From an uncultured Oscillospiraceae bacterium (GTDB lineage Bacteria > Bacillota > Clostridia > Oscillospirales > Acutalibacteraceae), in the NCBI GenBank assembly GCA_949292425.1, contig CASEZK010000058.1, positions 5-64,004 on the forward strand: DNA of 64,000 bases. The letters run 5' to 3'. The notes beneath the pieces were generated by a model. It was not told the DNA's origin. It searched no databases and saw only the letters and a list, made by a program, of their open reading frames with translations. Shown one piece after another: positions 1 to 10,309 of the stretch (its first letter is position 1; the number at the start of each line of letters is the position of its first letter). A program made the position numbers and the translations under genes.

Positions 1-33
1 ACCAAACTGAAGAAGATGTGATAAAATAAGCCT

Positions 34-825
34 ATGAAAGAAAAAGATTTTAGAAGACAAACCGGAGTAAAAATAGAAACATACGAAAAAATGGTAGAAA
101 TCGTAAAAGAAGCACACAAAGTAAAAAAAGCAAGAGGAGGCCGGAAAAACAAAATATCGGTAGAAAAAATGGTGCTGATGACGTTAGAATATTTAAGAGA
201 GTATAGAACATATTCTCATATAGGAAAAAGTTATGGAGTAAGTGAATCATATGTCTATAAAGTAATAAAATGGGTAGAGAACGTGCTGATTAAAGACGGT
301 TCATTAGCGCTACCTGGGGAAAAGCTTTGTTGAAAAGTGAAATTGAACAAGAAGTAATATTAATTGATGCAACAGAAACGCCAATAGAGCGTCCAAAAAG
401 GGGCCAAAGTTTTACTATTCAGGAAAGAAAAAGCAACATACGCTGAAAACACAGGTTGTGGCAGATGAATGTAGCCGCTTAATAATGTGTGTACAAACAT
501 GTGTAATGGTAAGCAGCACGATTTCAACCTTTTTAAAGAATCCGGAGTGCAAATTCTATCAGCTATAAAAGTTTTTGCCGATTCGGGATACCAAGGGATA
601 AATAAACTGCACAAAAATATAGAAATCCCCAAAAAGAAAACTAAAAAAACATTCTTAACTTCACAGGACAAGCGTAATAATCGTGATATTTCCCGCACAA
701 GGATTAAATTTGAGCATATTATCGGGTTTGTCAAACGTTTCAAGATTTTATCTGATAGATACCGTAAACGAAGGAAAAGGTTTTTACTTCGGTCCAATTT
801 GATTTTGCGGTATCTGCAATTTTGA
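34..825 (+). pseudogene. IS5-family (DDE_Tnp_4 type) transposase, disrupted by stops/frameshifts
   Basis: ORF 34-333 gives an HTH-like N-terminus. Out-of-frame text LIDATETPIERPK follows. ORF 487-825 gives the C-terminal ADSGYQG...RTRIKFEHIIGFVKRFKIL DDE_4-like motif. The pieces are in different frames separated by stops. Confidence 0.7.
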
Positions 826-1181
826 CCGCTCTTTTTAGTTTGGAAAGAGATCTAATATATTACTTTCCTTCTATGCTTTGGGGTAAATACTTTATGATAT
901 TTGCATAACCACTTACTATGTGATAAACTTTGTGCCATAAACAACACCTTTCCTTTATTTTTGTGGCTTGAACTTCACCATTATACTTCAAAAGGTGTTG
1001 TTTTTACTTAAGTCGTAATCTCACGTGCTTAGCACGTGGTTTTTGAAGTACCCTCTGCGTACTTCTTAGTTAAAACGTAATAAAATCATAAAAAAGTCAC
1101 ATCAAAGTGGCTTTTTTATGATTTAAGCAATATTATAGTAGCAGCCACTAATGTAGTGACTGCTTGTTTTAATTTTTAATC

Positions 1182-1406
1182 TTATATTTGATCAAAAGTT
1201 ATAAGCGCTATAGCTTCAGCTTTTTTTCTACCGATATCTACAAATTTCCCATTAACTTTTTTCAAAAATTCATCTTTTGAAAAGTTATGGTGAATATGAG
1301 CAATGCCGCAACGTTTAAATTCGTTGTCAGTATAAGTTTCTTTGTAAAAAGGGATATAAAAACCACCTGCTATTTTTTCTTGATTTGCTAAGCTTAATTT
1401 TTTCAT
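1182..1406 (-). CDS. small protein with bacteriocin-type double-glycine leader (MKKLSLANQEKIAGG)
   Basis: 74-aa ORF with RBS aaagga upstream. The leader ends in GG. The mature part is paralogous to the neighbouring ORF (IPFYKE..EF..GI.HIH..F). Confidence 0.6.
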   Translation of the reverse strand: MKKLSLANQEKIAGGFYIPFYKETYTDNEFKRCGIAHIHHNFSKDEFLKKVNGKFVDIGRKKAEAIALITFDQI

Positions 1407-1430
1407 ATAAATTTTCCTTTCATTTTTAAT

Positions 1431-1688
1431 TTAAATTTTTTTTGAGTTACGTGGTTTTGCTACTAAACCTTTAGTAAACAGACTTAATAGAGTTTCTGCT
1501 TCATTTCTTGTAAGAGACACAGGGAAGCCAATCATATTTTCGATGTAAAAAGTATCTGCACCAAAAGAACGGTGAATATGCGTAATGCCGTGCAATAAAA
1601 ATTCTTCATCAGAGAATTTTTCTTTATAAAATGGTATGTGCCATTTCCCATTTACCTTAGTTAGTTCAGTTGAATTTAACTTTTTCAT
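1431..1688 (-). CDS. small protein with double-glycine-like leader (MKKLNSTELTKVNG-K), paralog of 1182-1406
   Basis: 85-aa ORF with RBS aaaggag and an extended -10 (tggtataat, plus-strand 1742-1750) upstream. The leader matches the L-12/E-8/L-7/V-4/G-2 pattern. Confidence 0.6.
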   Translation of the reverse strand: MKKLNSTELTKVNGKWHIPFYKEKFSDEEFLLHGITHIHRSFGADTFYIENMIGFPVSLTRNEAETLLSLFTKGLVAKPRNSKKI

Positions 1689-1799
1689 TTAAAAAACTCC
1701 TTTTAATAATTTTTTTAATTGTATTTCTCAATGACAATAATATTATACCATCTGGAGTTTTTATTTGGATTAACTTTCTGTGAACTATTTGTGAATTTT

Positions 1800-2504
1800 T
1801 TATGAATTTTTACTTTTTATAGATAGTTGCTTTTCAGTACCGTTTATTAACCTATATATGTTTTCCCTATGCTTTATGATAATGACCAGTGAAAAAATGA
1901 TACATAACGTAGTACTGACAGCTATATATGTATGTGTATAAGTTTGCGTTGAGGAAAAGAAATTGAGTGCCTTAAGGGATAGAAAGTTTATGATGGGGTA
2001 TGAGATGGCGGCACTTATAGAAGACAGTGATATAATTTTACTAAATGAAAATACCAGAAGGAAAACAGCCAAGGTTATTACGGCTGTGCGCCAATCTACC
2101 ATAAAAGCTAAAGCCAGCGAGGTTACGACAGCTTTTCCGCCTTTAAAAGAATACCAGCAAGGATATATGTGACCCAATATGCAACAGAAACCGGATAAAA
2201 ATGTGATGTACTGGAAAGTGTAAAAATCGCTTATAAAATGAGAAAAAATAAGTTTACTTACTGAAATTGCGATTATACATTTAAAAAAGTCTCCGCACAT
2301 AGTTAAAACGGCGGGTAAGACGCCAACAGAACGCAAAACATTCGTGAATCCAGCATTTTTACTTCCGAGACTCCTAATGTCGGTATTTTTAAACAACTTT
2401 GTGAAAATGATGGAAAAGCAAATACTTCCTAAAAAATAGCTGATCAAAGCGACAATAAAGATGTAAATCCAAAATTTACTTATAAATTCTAAAAATAAGT
2501 TCAC
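1800..2504 (-). CDS. plsY: glycerol-3-phosphate acyltransferase PlsY
   Basis: Polytopic membrane protein with the GSKNAGFTNVLR motif. It lies adjacent to der, as in many Firmicutes. Confidence 0.85.
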   Translation of the reverse strand: MNLFLEFISKFWIYIFIVALISYFLGSICFSIIFTKLFKNTDIRSLGSKNAGFTNVLRSVGVLPAVLTMCGDFFKCIIAISVSKLIFSHFISDFYTFQYITFLSGFCCILGHIYPCWYSFKGGKAVVTSLALAFMVDWRTAVITLAVFLLVFSFSKIISLSSISAAISYPIINFLSLKALNFFSSTQTYTHTYIAVSTTLCIIFSLVIIIKHRENIYRLINGTEKQLSIKSKNS

Positions 2505-2521
2505 AATATCCTCCTTGGTAA

Positions 2522-3856
2522 TTAAGCTTTATCGTTTGATTTTGTTCGTTCTCTAATTATAAAATGTACCGGTGTACCTTCAAGTCCGAAAGATTCACGA
2601 ATTCGGTTCTCAATATACCTTTGATAAGAAAAATGAAATAACTTAGCCGAGTTTACGAAAAAAACGAATGTAGGTGGTCTCACGGACACTTGAGTCATGT
2701 AGAATATTTTTAGGCGCTTGCCTTTATCTGTAGGTGGCTGCACTCGAATAATAGCATCGGATAACAGCTCGTTTAATACGCCGGTGGATATGCGCATGGC
2801 ATTTGAATTTGATACTTTTTGAATTAAGCTGAAGAGCTGGTCTATTCTTTGTCCTGTCTTTGCTGAAATAAATATTATGGGTACGTATGCCATGAACCCA
2901 AAATCGTTTTTGAGTTTCTTTTTGTACCCTTGTAAAGTTTTATCATTCTTTTCTATAGCATCCCATTTGTTTACAGCTATAATGCACCCTTTTCCAGCTT
3001 CGTGAGCTAACCCTGCCACTTTAGAGTCTTGTTCGGTGAATCCTTCGGTAGCGTCTATCATTATTATACAAACGTCACAACGTTCTATGGCCATCTTGGC
3101 TCTAAGTACGCTGTATTTTTCAATATTATCGTACACTTTGTTTTTCCTGCGTATACCGGCGGTATCTATAAAATTAAAATTGCCAAATTGATTTTTTATA
3201 AAAGAGTCTATAGAATCTCTGGTGGTGCCTGCTATGTTTGAAACGATAGAACGGTTTTCACCGGAAATTTTATTTATAAGTGAAGACTTACCTACGTTTG
3301 GTTTTCCAATGATAGCCACATTGATAAAAGAACTGTCTTCTTGTTCTTCTTTTTGCTCAGGAAGATATTTAAATATTTCGTCCAATAAGTCTCCTGTGCC
3401 GTGACCATGGACGGAAGATACCTTTATAGGATCTCCTAGACCAAGATTATAAAATTCGTAAAAATCTGTATCGGCGCTGCCTACGGTGTCGCATTTGTTT
3501 ACGCAAACTATAACGGGACATCCGCTTTTCTGTAACATAGAGGCTACCTCCATATCTGCAGAAACGAGACCAGTTTTTATGTCGGTCACAAAGACAATAA
3601 CGTCAGCAGAATCAATAGCGAGCTCTGCTTGAGCTCTCATTTGAGAAAGTATAATATCCTTAGAGTACGGTTCAATTCCGCCTGTATCTATTAAGGAAAA
3701 AGTGCGGTTTCTCCACTCGCATTCTCCATATATTCGATCTCTTGTAACGCCGGGCGTGTCGTCCACTATAGAGGTACGGCTGCCGATTAGTTTGTTAAAT
3801 AAAGTTGATTTTCCGACATTTGGCCTGCCGACAATAGCGACAATGGGTTTAGACAT
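2522..3856 (-). CDS. der: ribosome-associated GTPase Der/EngA (two G domains + KH-like)
   Basis: Two GxxxxGKS P-loops (GRPNVGKST, GKPNVGKSS) and DTAG/DTGG motifs. Confidence 0.95.
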   Translation of the reverse strand: MSKPIVAIVGRPNVGKSTLFNKLIGSRTSIVDDTPGVTRDRIYGECEWRNRTFSLIDTGGIEPYSKDIILSQMRAQAELAIDSADVIVFVTDIKTGLVSADMEVASMLQKSGCPVIVCVNKCDTVGSADTDFYEFYNLGLGDPIKVSSVHGHGTGDLLDEIFKYLPEQKEEQEDSSFINVAIIGKPNVGKSSLINKISGENRSIVSNIAGTTRDSIDSFIKNQFGNFNFIDTAGIRRKNKVYDNIEKYSVLRAKMAIERCDVCIIMIDATEGFTEQDSKVAGLAHEAGKGCIIAVNKWDAIEKNDKTLQGYKKKLKNDFGFMAYVPIIFISAKTGQRIDQLFSLIQKVSNSNAMRISTGVLNELLSDAIIRVQPPTDKGKRLKIFYMTQVSVRPPTFVFFVNSAKLFHFSYQRYIENRIRESFGLEGTPVHFIIRERTKSNDKA

Positions 3857-4048
3857 GGCTTTATCTCCTTTTCGTTTTTAAGCTCATAGCATAACCAATA
3901 TGATAACATTATTTGCATGGTGAGGCAAGGACAAAGTGCATGATTTTATCGCTTAAATATGTAAAATATAAAACTTGGATACGAATGCATAAAACAAATG
4001 AAAGTTTTAGTGTAAAAGGGAGAAATTTTTATTATTTTTAGAGAGTCA

Positions 4049-4078
4049 TTGCTAAAAGGGACGTAAATATGGTATTAT
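4049..4078 (+). promoter_or_regulatory. sigma-A type promoter of the S10 operon
   Basis: TTGCTA, 18-nt spacer, TGgTATTAT (extended -10). Confidence 0.5.
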
Positions 4079-4192
4079 TATAAGGCGTGACTGCGACAGA
4101 TATGCGAAGAAGCGGGAGGTTGCGGTTGTAGTATTACAATCGGTTTTTCCGTGGAGTATGTCCGATTTTAAACCGGGCGATGATAAAAAGGC

Positions 4193-4260
4193 AAAACGCT
4201 TTTGAGCGCTTTTATTTTGGGTCCGGAATTCTGCTTGGCAGAATTTACGGTCTTTTATTT
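4193..4260 (+). promoter_or_regulatory. two consecutive terminator-like hairpins in the rpsJ leader (possible attenuator)
   Basis: aaaacgc/gcgctttt stem followed by TTTTATTTT. Then a ccggaattctgc...gcagaatttacgg stem followed by TCTTTTATTT. Both lie between the promoter and the rpsJ RBS. Confidence 0.35.
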
Positions 4261-4334
4261 AATAGGTCACGAAACACCCGGAAAGGGTGCAGAGTAAAAG
4301 CACGCCCGCCAACTACAAGAAGGAGGCGATTTTA

Positions 4335-4646
4335 GTGGCAGTCAAGGAAAAGATTAGGATAAGACTTAAGGGTTATGACCATCAGTTGTTAGACCAATCT
4401 GCGCTTAGAATAGTGGAAACTGCTAAACGCACAGGGGCAAAGGTTTCAGGGCCGGTGCCGCTACCTACTGAAAAGCAAGTTGTTACGATACTTCGTGCTG
4501 TTCATAAGTACAAAGATAGCCGTGAACAATTTGAAACAAGAACCCACAAAAGACTTATCGATGTCTTGAAGCCGTCAAATAAGACCGTAGAGGCTCTTAT
4601 GGCGCTGGAGCTCCCTGCTGGAGTTGACATAGAGATCAAACTTTAA
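4335..4646 (+). CDS. rpsJ: 30S ribosomal protein S10
   Basis: GTG start 8 nt after the aggagg RBS. Sequence contains [11 protein letters not shown]...[13 protein letters not shown]. Confidence 0.95.
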   Translation: MAVKEKIRIRLKGYDHQLLDQSALRIVETAKRTGAKVSGPVPLPTEKQVVTILRAVHKYKDSREQFETRTHKRLIDVLKPSNKTVEALMALELPAGVDIEIKL

Positions 4647-4712
4647 GTCAATAATTGGCAGACGGGGTCAAGTTGAAGAGATTCAACCAATAACTACCTA
4701 GGAGGGAAATGT

Positions 4713-5390
4713 ATGCAAAAAGCAATAGTCGGAAAGAAAATTGGGATGACTCAAATTTTCGACGAAAAGGGCAATGTAATTCCTGTTACAGTTGTTGAAG
4801 CAGGTCCATGCGTTGTTTCACAAAAGAAAACTATAGAAAACGATGGTTACAATTCAATTCAAATGGGATTTGGCGACATAAAACTTAAATTTAAAAAGGG
4901 CACGAGATCTAGCAAATTTGACGAAAAGCCAAGCAATGTAACTTTACCTATGCAAGGGCATTTCGCAAAAGCTGATGTGGCACCGAAGAAAGTTTTACGT
5001 GAGTTCCGTTTCGACGATATCGATCAATATAATGTTGGAGATATTATTAAGGCGGATGTGTTTGCAGAAGGGGATAAGATTGATGTAACAGGTACTAGCA
5101 AAGGCAAAGGGTACCAGGGTGTTATTAAACGCTGGAATGCACACAGATTAAAGGAAACTCATGGTTCAGGTCCGGTTGTACGTCATGCAGGTTCCAATGG
5201 TGCTTGTTCAGATCCATCAAGAGTGTTTAAGGGCAAAAAGTTACCGGGACATATGGGTGCAGAAAGAATCACAGTGCAGAATTTACGAGTAGTAAAAGTA
5301 GATAGTGAAAATAACTTGATTGCTATAAAAGGAGCTATACCAGGTCCAAATGGCGGAACAGTTATAATTCGCGAGAGCGTAAAGGCTTAA
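4713..5390 (+). CDS. rplC: 50S ribosomal protein L3
   Basis: Sequence [14 protein letters not shown]...[12 protein letters not shown], in the expected operon position. Confidence 0.95.
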   Translation: MQKAIVGKKIGMTQIFDEKGNVIPVTVVEAGPCVVSQKKTIENDGYNSIQMGFGDIKLKFKKGTRSSKFDEKPSNVTLPMQGHFAKADVAPKKVLREFRFDDIDQYNVGDIIKADVFAEGDKIDVTGTSKGKGYQGVIKRWNAHRLKETHGSGPVVRHAGSNGACSDPSRVFKGKKLPGHMGAERITVQNLRVVKVDSENNLIAIKGAIPGPNGGTVIIRESVKA

Positions 5391-5406
5391 GGAAGGAGGA
5401 AGAAAT

Positions 5407-6030
5407 ATGCCAAATGTACAAGTGCTGAATATGGCAGGACAAAAAGTTGGCGAAATGAGTTTAAATGACAATGTATTCGGCATAAAACCCAACAAGACTG
5501 TTATGCATGAAATGGTTGTAAATTATCTTGCAAATCAACGCCAAGGCACACAATCTGCATTGACTAGAGCAGAAGTTTCAGGCGGTGGTAAAAAACCATG
5601 GAGGCAAAAAGGAACAGGTCATGCAAGACAAGGCTCGATTCGTTCGCCACAATGGAGACATGGTGGTGTAGTGTTTGCTCCGAAGCCTAGAGATTACGGC
5701 TTTGATGTAAATAAAAAAGAAAGACGTCTTGCTATGAAGTCAGCCCTTTCGAGCAAAGTTTTAGACAGCAATATGATAGTTCTGGACAAGATAGCTGTAG
5801 ATGACTTTAAGACTAAGAAAGTAGTAGAGATGCTAAAAGCTATAGGGGCGAGCAAAAAAGTTCTATTAGTTCTTACGGAAAAAGACGAGAAAGTGATAAA
5901 TTCGGCTAGAAACATAGAAGGTGTTAAAACCGCTGGTGTGAATACATTGAATGTTTACGACATATTAAATTGCACAAGCCTTGTAGTAGCGCAAGAGGCA
6001 GTAAATAAAATCGAGGAGGTGTATGCTTAA
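5407..6030 (+). CDS. rplD: 50S ribosomal protein L4
   Basis: Sequence [25 protein letters not shown]. Confidence 0.95.
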   Translation: MPNVQVLNMAGQKVGEMSLNDNVFGIKPNKTVMHEMVVNYLANQRQGTQSALTRAEVSGGGKKPWRQKGTGHARQGSIRSPQWRHGGVVFAPKPRDYGFDVNKKERRLAMKSALSSKVLDSNMIVLDKIAVDDFKTKKVVEMLKAIGASKKVLLVLTEKDEKVINSARNIEGVKTAGVNTLNVYDILNCTSLVVAQEAVNKIEEVYA

Positions 6031-6320
6031 TGGCAGCGCAAGATATAATTATCCGTCCGATAATCACGGAAAAGAGCATGAATGGCATAGCCATGAAAAA
6101 GTACACTTTTGAGGTTGCACCACAAGCTGGTAAGATTGAAATAAGAAAAGCTGTAGAGGAATTGTTTGGTGTTAAAGTTGAAAGAGTAAATACGATGCAT
6201 GTTAGAGGAAAACTAAGACGCCAAGGCAGAAATCAAGGTTACACTAAAGCGTGGAAAAAAGCGATAGTTAAGCTTACAGATGATAGTAAAGGCATAGAGT
6301 TTTTTGAAAGTATGAACTAA
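6030..6320 (+). CDS. rplW: 50S ribosomal protein L23
   Basis: Sequence [10 protein letters not shown]...[13 protein letters not shown]-type overlap with rplD. Confidence 0.95.
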   Translation: MAAQDIIIRPIITEKSMNGIAMKKYTFEVAPQAGKIEIRKAVEELFGVKVERVNTMHVRGKLRRQGRNQGYTKAWKKAIVKLTDDSKGIEFFESMN

Positions 6321-6532
6321 AGGGTGTATTTAAATGACTAAAAATATGATTCTAAAAGTAATAAACAAAATAGACAATGTAAAAATTTCTCCATTTTATA
6401 GGTTGGCCTGCAGCGACACTTTTGTTTGTAACTTCAATTTTTTTGATTAATTTTGTAGACATAAATATTGTTTTGGACAGCTGTCTTGGTTAAATTGTTA
6501 ACGCTTAATAAAAGCTGGGGAAATTTGCCAGA

Positions 6533-6745
6533 GTGATGACAATTATGTTCTTTATAATAGGAGTCCAAATTGATAGATTGTTGTCGCATAATTATTATTA
6601 TCAAGATGGATATTTTTACAACTATAGCAATGTGTCATGGTTTGATGTGTTTATGGTTATTACGTTTTTAATTTATTTTTTGAGTAAGTACGTTTATAAA
6701 GCACTTAATAAAGCAGCTAAGGAGAGTCAATCTCCGCAAAGCTAA
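6533..6745 (+). CDS. hypothetical small Tyr-rich membrane peptide inside the S10 operon (uncertain)
   Basis: 70-aa ORF in the atypical 445-bp rplW-rplB spacer, with two hydrophobic segments. No clear RBS. Confidence 0.25.
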   Translation: MMTIMFFIIGVQIDRLLSHNYYYQDGYFYNYSNVSWFDVFMVITFLIYFLSKYVYKALNKAAKESQSPQS

Positions 6746-6764
6746 AATAAGGAGTGAAATTAAA

Positions 6765-7598
6765 TTGGCAATTAAAAGTTATAAACCAACAACTCCATCG
6801 AGAAGAAACATGTCAGTTGTTGATTATTCAGGACTTTCTAAAGTGGCACCTGAAAAAAGTTTGTTAGAGCCTCTTAACAAAAAGTCAGGAAGAAATAGCT
6901 ACGGGAGAATTACAGTGCGCCATAAAGGTGGCGGAAACAGAAGGAAATATCGCGTGATAGACTTTAAACGTCAAAAGTTCGATATGCCTGCTAAAGTTTT
7001 GACTTTAGAATATGACCCTAACCGTTCAGCACATATTGCGCTTATCCAATATGAAGACGGAGAGAAGAGCTACATTACAGCACCAAACGGTCTAAAGATA
7101 GGAGACACTGTAGTAGCAGGCCCTAATGCAGATATAAGACCAGGTAACGCATTGCCCCTCACCAATATTCCAGTAGGTACGTTCATACACAACGTTGAGA
7201 TGTATCCGGGAAAGGGAGCACAGTTGGCAAGATCTGCAGGAAACATGGCTCAGCTTATGGCTAAAGAAGGCAAATTGGCACTTTTAAGATTACCCTCAGG
7301 TGAGTTGAGAAATGTTCCGATAGAATGTATGGCAACTGTTGGAGAAGTAGGAAACTCAGACCACGAAAACGTTAAGATCGGTAAAGCTGGTAGAAAACGT
7401 CATATGGGGATAAGACCAACAGTTCGTGGATCGGTTATGAACCCGTGCGATCACCCACATGGTGGTGGTGAAGGCAAAAGTCCTATCGGACGTTCAGGTC
7501 CTGTTACACCTTGGGGTAAACCTACTCTTGGTTATAAGACTAGATCTAAACATAATAAGTCTGATAAGTTCATTGTTAAACGTAGAAACGGTAAATAG
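6765..7598 (+). CDS. rplB: 50S ribosomal protein L2
   Basis: TTG start after the aaggag RBS. Sequence contains [16 protein letters not shown]...[13 protein letters not shown]. Confidence 0.95.
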   Translation: MAIKSYKPTTPSRRNMSVVDYSGLSKVAPEKSLLEPLNKKSGRNSYGRITVRHKGGGNRRKYRVIDFKRQKFDMPAKVLTLEYDPNRSAHIALIQYEDGEKSYITAPNGLKIGDTVVAGPNADIRPGNALPLTNIPVGTFIHNVEMYPGKGAQLARSAGNMAQLMAKEGKLALLRLPSGELRNVPIECMATVGEVGNSDHENVKIGKAGRKRHMGIRPTVRGSVMNPCDHPHGGGEGKSPIGRSGPVTPWGKPTLGYKTRSKHNKSDKFIVKRRNGK

Positions 7599-7627
7599 TT
7601 GAAAGATACAGAAAGGAGCTAATAGTA

Positions 7628-7903
7628 ATGGGAAGAAGTGTTAAAAAAGGTCCTTATGTACAGCCGGTGTTGCTAAAAAGAGTTCAGGAAATGAACAAGA
7701 ATGGCGAAAAGAAAGTTTTAAAAACATGGAGCCGTTCATCGACTATATTTCCTGACTTTGTAGGGCACACATTTGCCGTTCATGATGGACGTAAACACGT
7801 ACCGGTATATGTTACTGAAGATATGGTAGGTCACAAACTTGGAGAGTTTGCTCCTACAAGAACATTCAGAGGTCATGCCGGAGCAAAAACAACAAAGAAA
7901 TAA
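7628..7903 (+). CDS. rpsS: 30S ribosomal protein S19
   Basis: Sequence [10 protein letters not shown]...[13 protein letters not shown]. Confidence 0.95.
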   Translation: MGRSVKKGPYVQPVLLKRVQEMNKNGEKKVLKTWSRSSTIFPDFVGHTFAVHDGRKHVPVYVTEDMVGHKLGEFAPTRTFRGHAGAKTTKK

Positions 7904-7926
7904 GCAGCAAAGGAGTGTTGAGTTAG

Positions 7927-8262
7927 ATGGAAGCTATGGCTAAGTTAAAATATGCCAGAATTTCTCCGCGAAAAGTTTCAATTGTGCTTGATTTAATAAG
8001 AAACAAGCCGGTTAATGTTGCAATGGCTATTCTAAGGCATACCCCAAAGGCTGCCTGTGAAGATCTTCAAAAATTGTTAAAATCGGCGATTGCGAATGCA
8101 GAGAACAATTTCCATATGGATGCAGAAAAGTTGTTTGTATCGAAGTGCTTTGTTTGTCCGGGACCAATTTTAAAAAGGATCCGTCCGAAAGATCATGGTA
8201 GAGCACATAGAATAGAAAAAAGAACTTCTCATGTAACCATAGTTTTGGAAGAAAAAGAATAA
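7927..8262 (+). CDS. rplV: 50S ribosomal protein L22
   Basis: Sequence [13 protein letters not shown]...[16 protein letters not shown]. Confidence 0.95.
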   Translation: MEAMAKLKYARISPRKVSIVLDLIRNKPVNVAMAILRHTPKAACEDLQKLLKSAIANAENNFHMDAEKLFVSKCFVCPGPILKRIRPKDHGRAHRIEKRTSHVTIVLEEKE

Positions 8263-8283
8263 TGCAGGTAAGGAGGTAAATAA

Positions 8284-8952
8284 ATGGGCCAAAAAGTAAA
8301 TCCACATGGGCTTCGTGTTGGAGTAATTAAAGATTGGAGTTCTCGCTGGTACGCCAAAGATAAAGATTTCGGATGCCTATTGGTAGAAGACTACAATCTT
8401 AGAAAAGTATTAAGAAAAAAATTAGCGAACGCAGGTGTTCCGAAGATAGATATAGAACGTGATGCAAATAAAGTTAGAGTGCATATTTTCTGTGCAAAAC
8501 CTGGAATGGTTATTGGTAAAGGCGGCGCTGAGATAGAAAAGCTTAGATTGAGCTGTGAAAAGATGTTAAACAAACCTGTTTTGATCAACATCGTAGAAGT
8601 AAAGTCGCCGGACCTTGATGCACAACTTATTTCTGAAAATATAGCATTACAACTTGAAAAAAGAGTTTCATTCAGACGTGCAATGAAACAATCTATAGGC
8701 AGAGCAATGAAATTTGGAGCAAAAGGCATAAAAGTGCAAGTGTCTGGACGTTTAGGCGGAGCGGAAATTGCTAGAAGCGAACGTTATCACGAAGGAACAA
8801 TACCTCTTCAAACTTTGAGAGCAGATATAGATTATGGTTTTTCTGAAGCTAATACGACTTATGGGAAAATCGGAGTAAAAGTATGGCTCTATAAAGGCGA
8901 AGTTTTAGGTGACGCTAGAGCTCCCAAAGAAAAGGAAGGGGGCAAAAAATAA
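8284..8952 (+). CDS. rpsC: 30S ribosomal protein S3
   Basis: Sequence [13 protein letters not shown]...KGGAEIEKL (KH domain). Confidence 0.95.
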   Translation: MGQKVNPHGLRVGVIKDWSSRWYAKDKDFGCLLVEDYNLRKVLRKKLANAGVPKIDIERDANKVRVHIFCAKPGMVIGKGGAEIEKLRLSCEKMLNKPVLINIVEVKSPDLDAQLISENIALQLEKRVSFRRAMKQSIGRAMKFGAKGIKVQVSGRLGGAEIARSERYHEGTIPLQTLRADIDYGFSEANTTYGKIGVKVWLYKGEVLGDARAPKEKEGGKK

Positions 8953-9377
8953 TGTTGATGCCAAAACGTGTGAAGTACCGCAGAGTACACAGAGGTCGTA
9001 TGACGGGTAGAGCACTTAAAGGTAACACTGTTTCTAACGGCGACTATGGCTTACAAAGCATGGAACCGGCTTGGATTACAGCAAATCAGATTGAAGCTGC
9101 TCGTATTGCAATGACACGTTATTGCAAGAGATTCGGTAAAGTCTGGATAAAGATTTTCCCAGATAAACCGATAAGTAAAAAACCGTTGGAAACCCGTATG
9201 GGTAAAGGTAAAGGTGCTCCTGAATATTGGGTAGCGGTGGTAAAACCGGGCAGAGTTATGTTTGAGATTGCCGGTGTGCCAGAAGAAACAGCAAGGGAAG
9301 CTATGCGACTCGCAGCTAATAAGTTACCGGTTAAGTGTAAATTTATAAAAAAGCAAGAAACGGACGGTGAACAGTAA
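8952..9377 (+). CDS. rplP: 50S ribosomal protein L16
   Basis: Sequence [17 protein letters not shown]... Confidence 0.95.
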   Translation: MLMPKRVKYRRVHRGRMTGRALKGNTVSNGDYGLQSMEPAWITANQIEAARIAMTRYCKRFGKVWIKIFPDKPISKKPLETRMGKGKGAPEYWVAVVKPGRVMFEIAGVPEETAREAMRLAANKLPVKCKFIKKQETDGEQ

Positions 9378-9583
9378 TGAAAGCTTCAGAACTTAGGAAA
9401 ATGTCGAACGAAGAGCTTGAAGCAAAATTAAAAGAGTTAAAAGCAGAATTATTTAATTTACGTTTTCAACTTGCTGTAAACCAACTAGAAAACCCGATGC
9501 GAATTAGCGCAGTGAAAAAAGACATTGCAAGAGTGAAAACTATTCTTACTCAAAATGAATTGCAGTCTCGCGCAGATGCATAA
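9377..9583 (+). CDS. rpmC: 50S ribosomal protein L29
   Basis: Sequence [27 protein letters not shown]. Confidence 0.95.
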   Translation: MKASELRKMSNEELEAKLKELKAELFNLRFQLAVNQLENPMRISAVKKDIARVKTILTQNELQSRADA

Positions 9584-9600
9584 GGGAAGGAGGTTTTTGC

Positions 9601-9858
9601 GTGGTTGAGAGAAATATGAGAAAAACGAATGTGGGCAGAGTGGTTAGCGACAAAATGGACAAAACGATCGTAGTAGCGATAGAAGACAGCGTTAAACATA
9701 AGCTATACAATAAGATCATCAAAAGAACAGTTAAGCTGAAAGCACACGACGAAAATAATGAATGCAAAATAGGAGACCGTGTTCGTGTGATGGAAACTCG
9801 CCCATTGAGCAAAGACAAAAGATGGCGTTTAGTTGAAATAATAGAAAAAGCGAAATAG
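9601..9858 (+). CDS. rpsQ: 30S ribosomal protein S17
   Basis: GTG start. Sequence contains [14 protein letters not shown]...[11 protein letters not shown]. Confidence 0.95.
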   Translation: MVERNMRKTNVGRVVSDKMDKTIVVAIEDSVKHKLYNKIIKRTVKLKAHDENNECKIGDRVRVMETRPLSKDKRWRLVEIIEKAK

Positions 9859-9926
9859 TTTAAAATAGCTAGCAAGAAGTCCGTAATCGGCTTGAGCTAT
9901 TTAAAACTGTAAAGGAGGAACGCACT

Positions 9927-10295
9927 GTGATACAACAGCAATCTTACCTTAAAGTAGCGGATAACACTGGCGCAAAAGAAATTATGTGCATACGTGTTTT
10001 AGGTGGAACCCGCAGAAGGTATGCTAGAATTGGCGACGTTGTGGTAGCATCTGTAAAAAAAGCAGCACCCGGCGGCGTTGTAAAAAAAGGTGATGTAGTT
10101 AAAGCAGTTATAGTCAGAACCGTCAACCCTACAAGACGTGCTGATGGTACTTACATTCGTTTTGATGAAAATGCAGCTGTTTTAATTAAAGACGATAAAA
10201 CCCCTAGGGGTACACGTATATTTGGACCTGTAGCAAGAGAATTAAGAGATGAAGGATAGATGAAAATCTTAAGTCTTGCTCCAGAAACGCTTTGA
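9927..10295 (+). CDS. rplN: 50S ribosomal protein L14, interrupted by an in-frame TAG at 10257-10259
   Basis: Sequence [18 protein letters not shown]...[11 protein letters not shown], then TAG, then the same frame continues as [11 protein letters not shown] and ends at TGA 10293-10295. This reconstitutes the canonical 122-aa L14 C-terminus. Confidence 0.85.
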
Positions 10296-10309
10296 TGGAG
10301 GTGTTCACT

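Noticed and set aside
9927-10259. Idea that TAG is reassigned genome-wide (pyrrolysine or another recoding), explaining the rplN stop
   Set aside because: rplB (7596-7598) and rpsQ (9856-9858) terminate with TAG at exactly the expected protein ends. TAG is therefore a normal stop here, and no pyl genes are visible.
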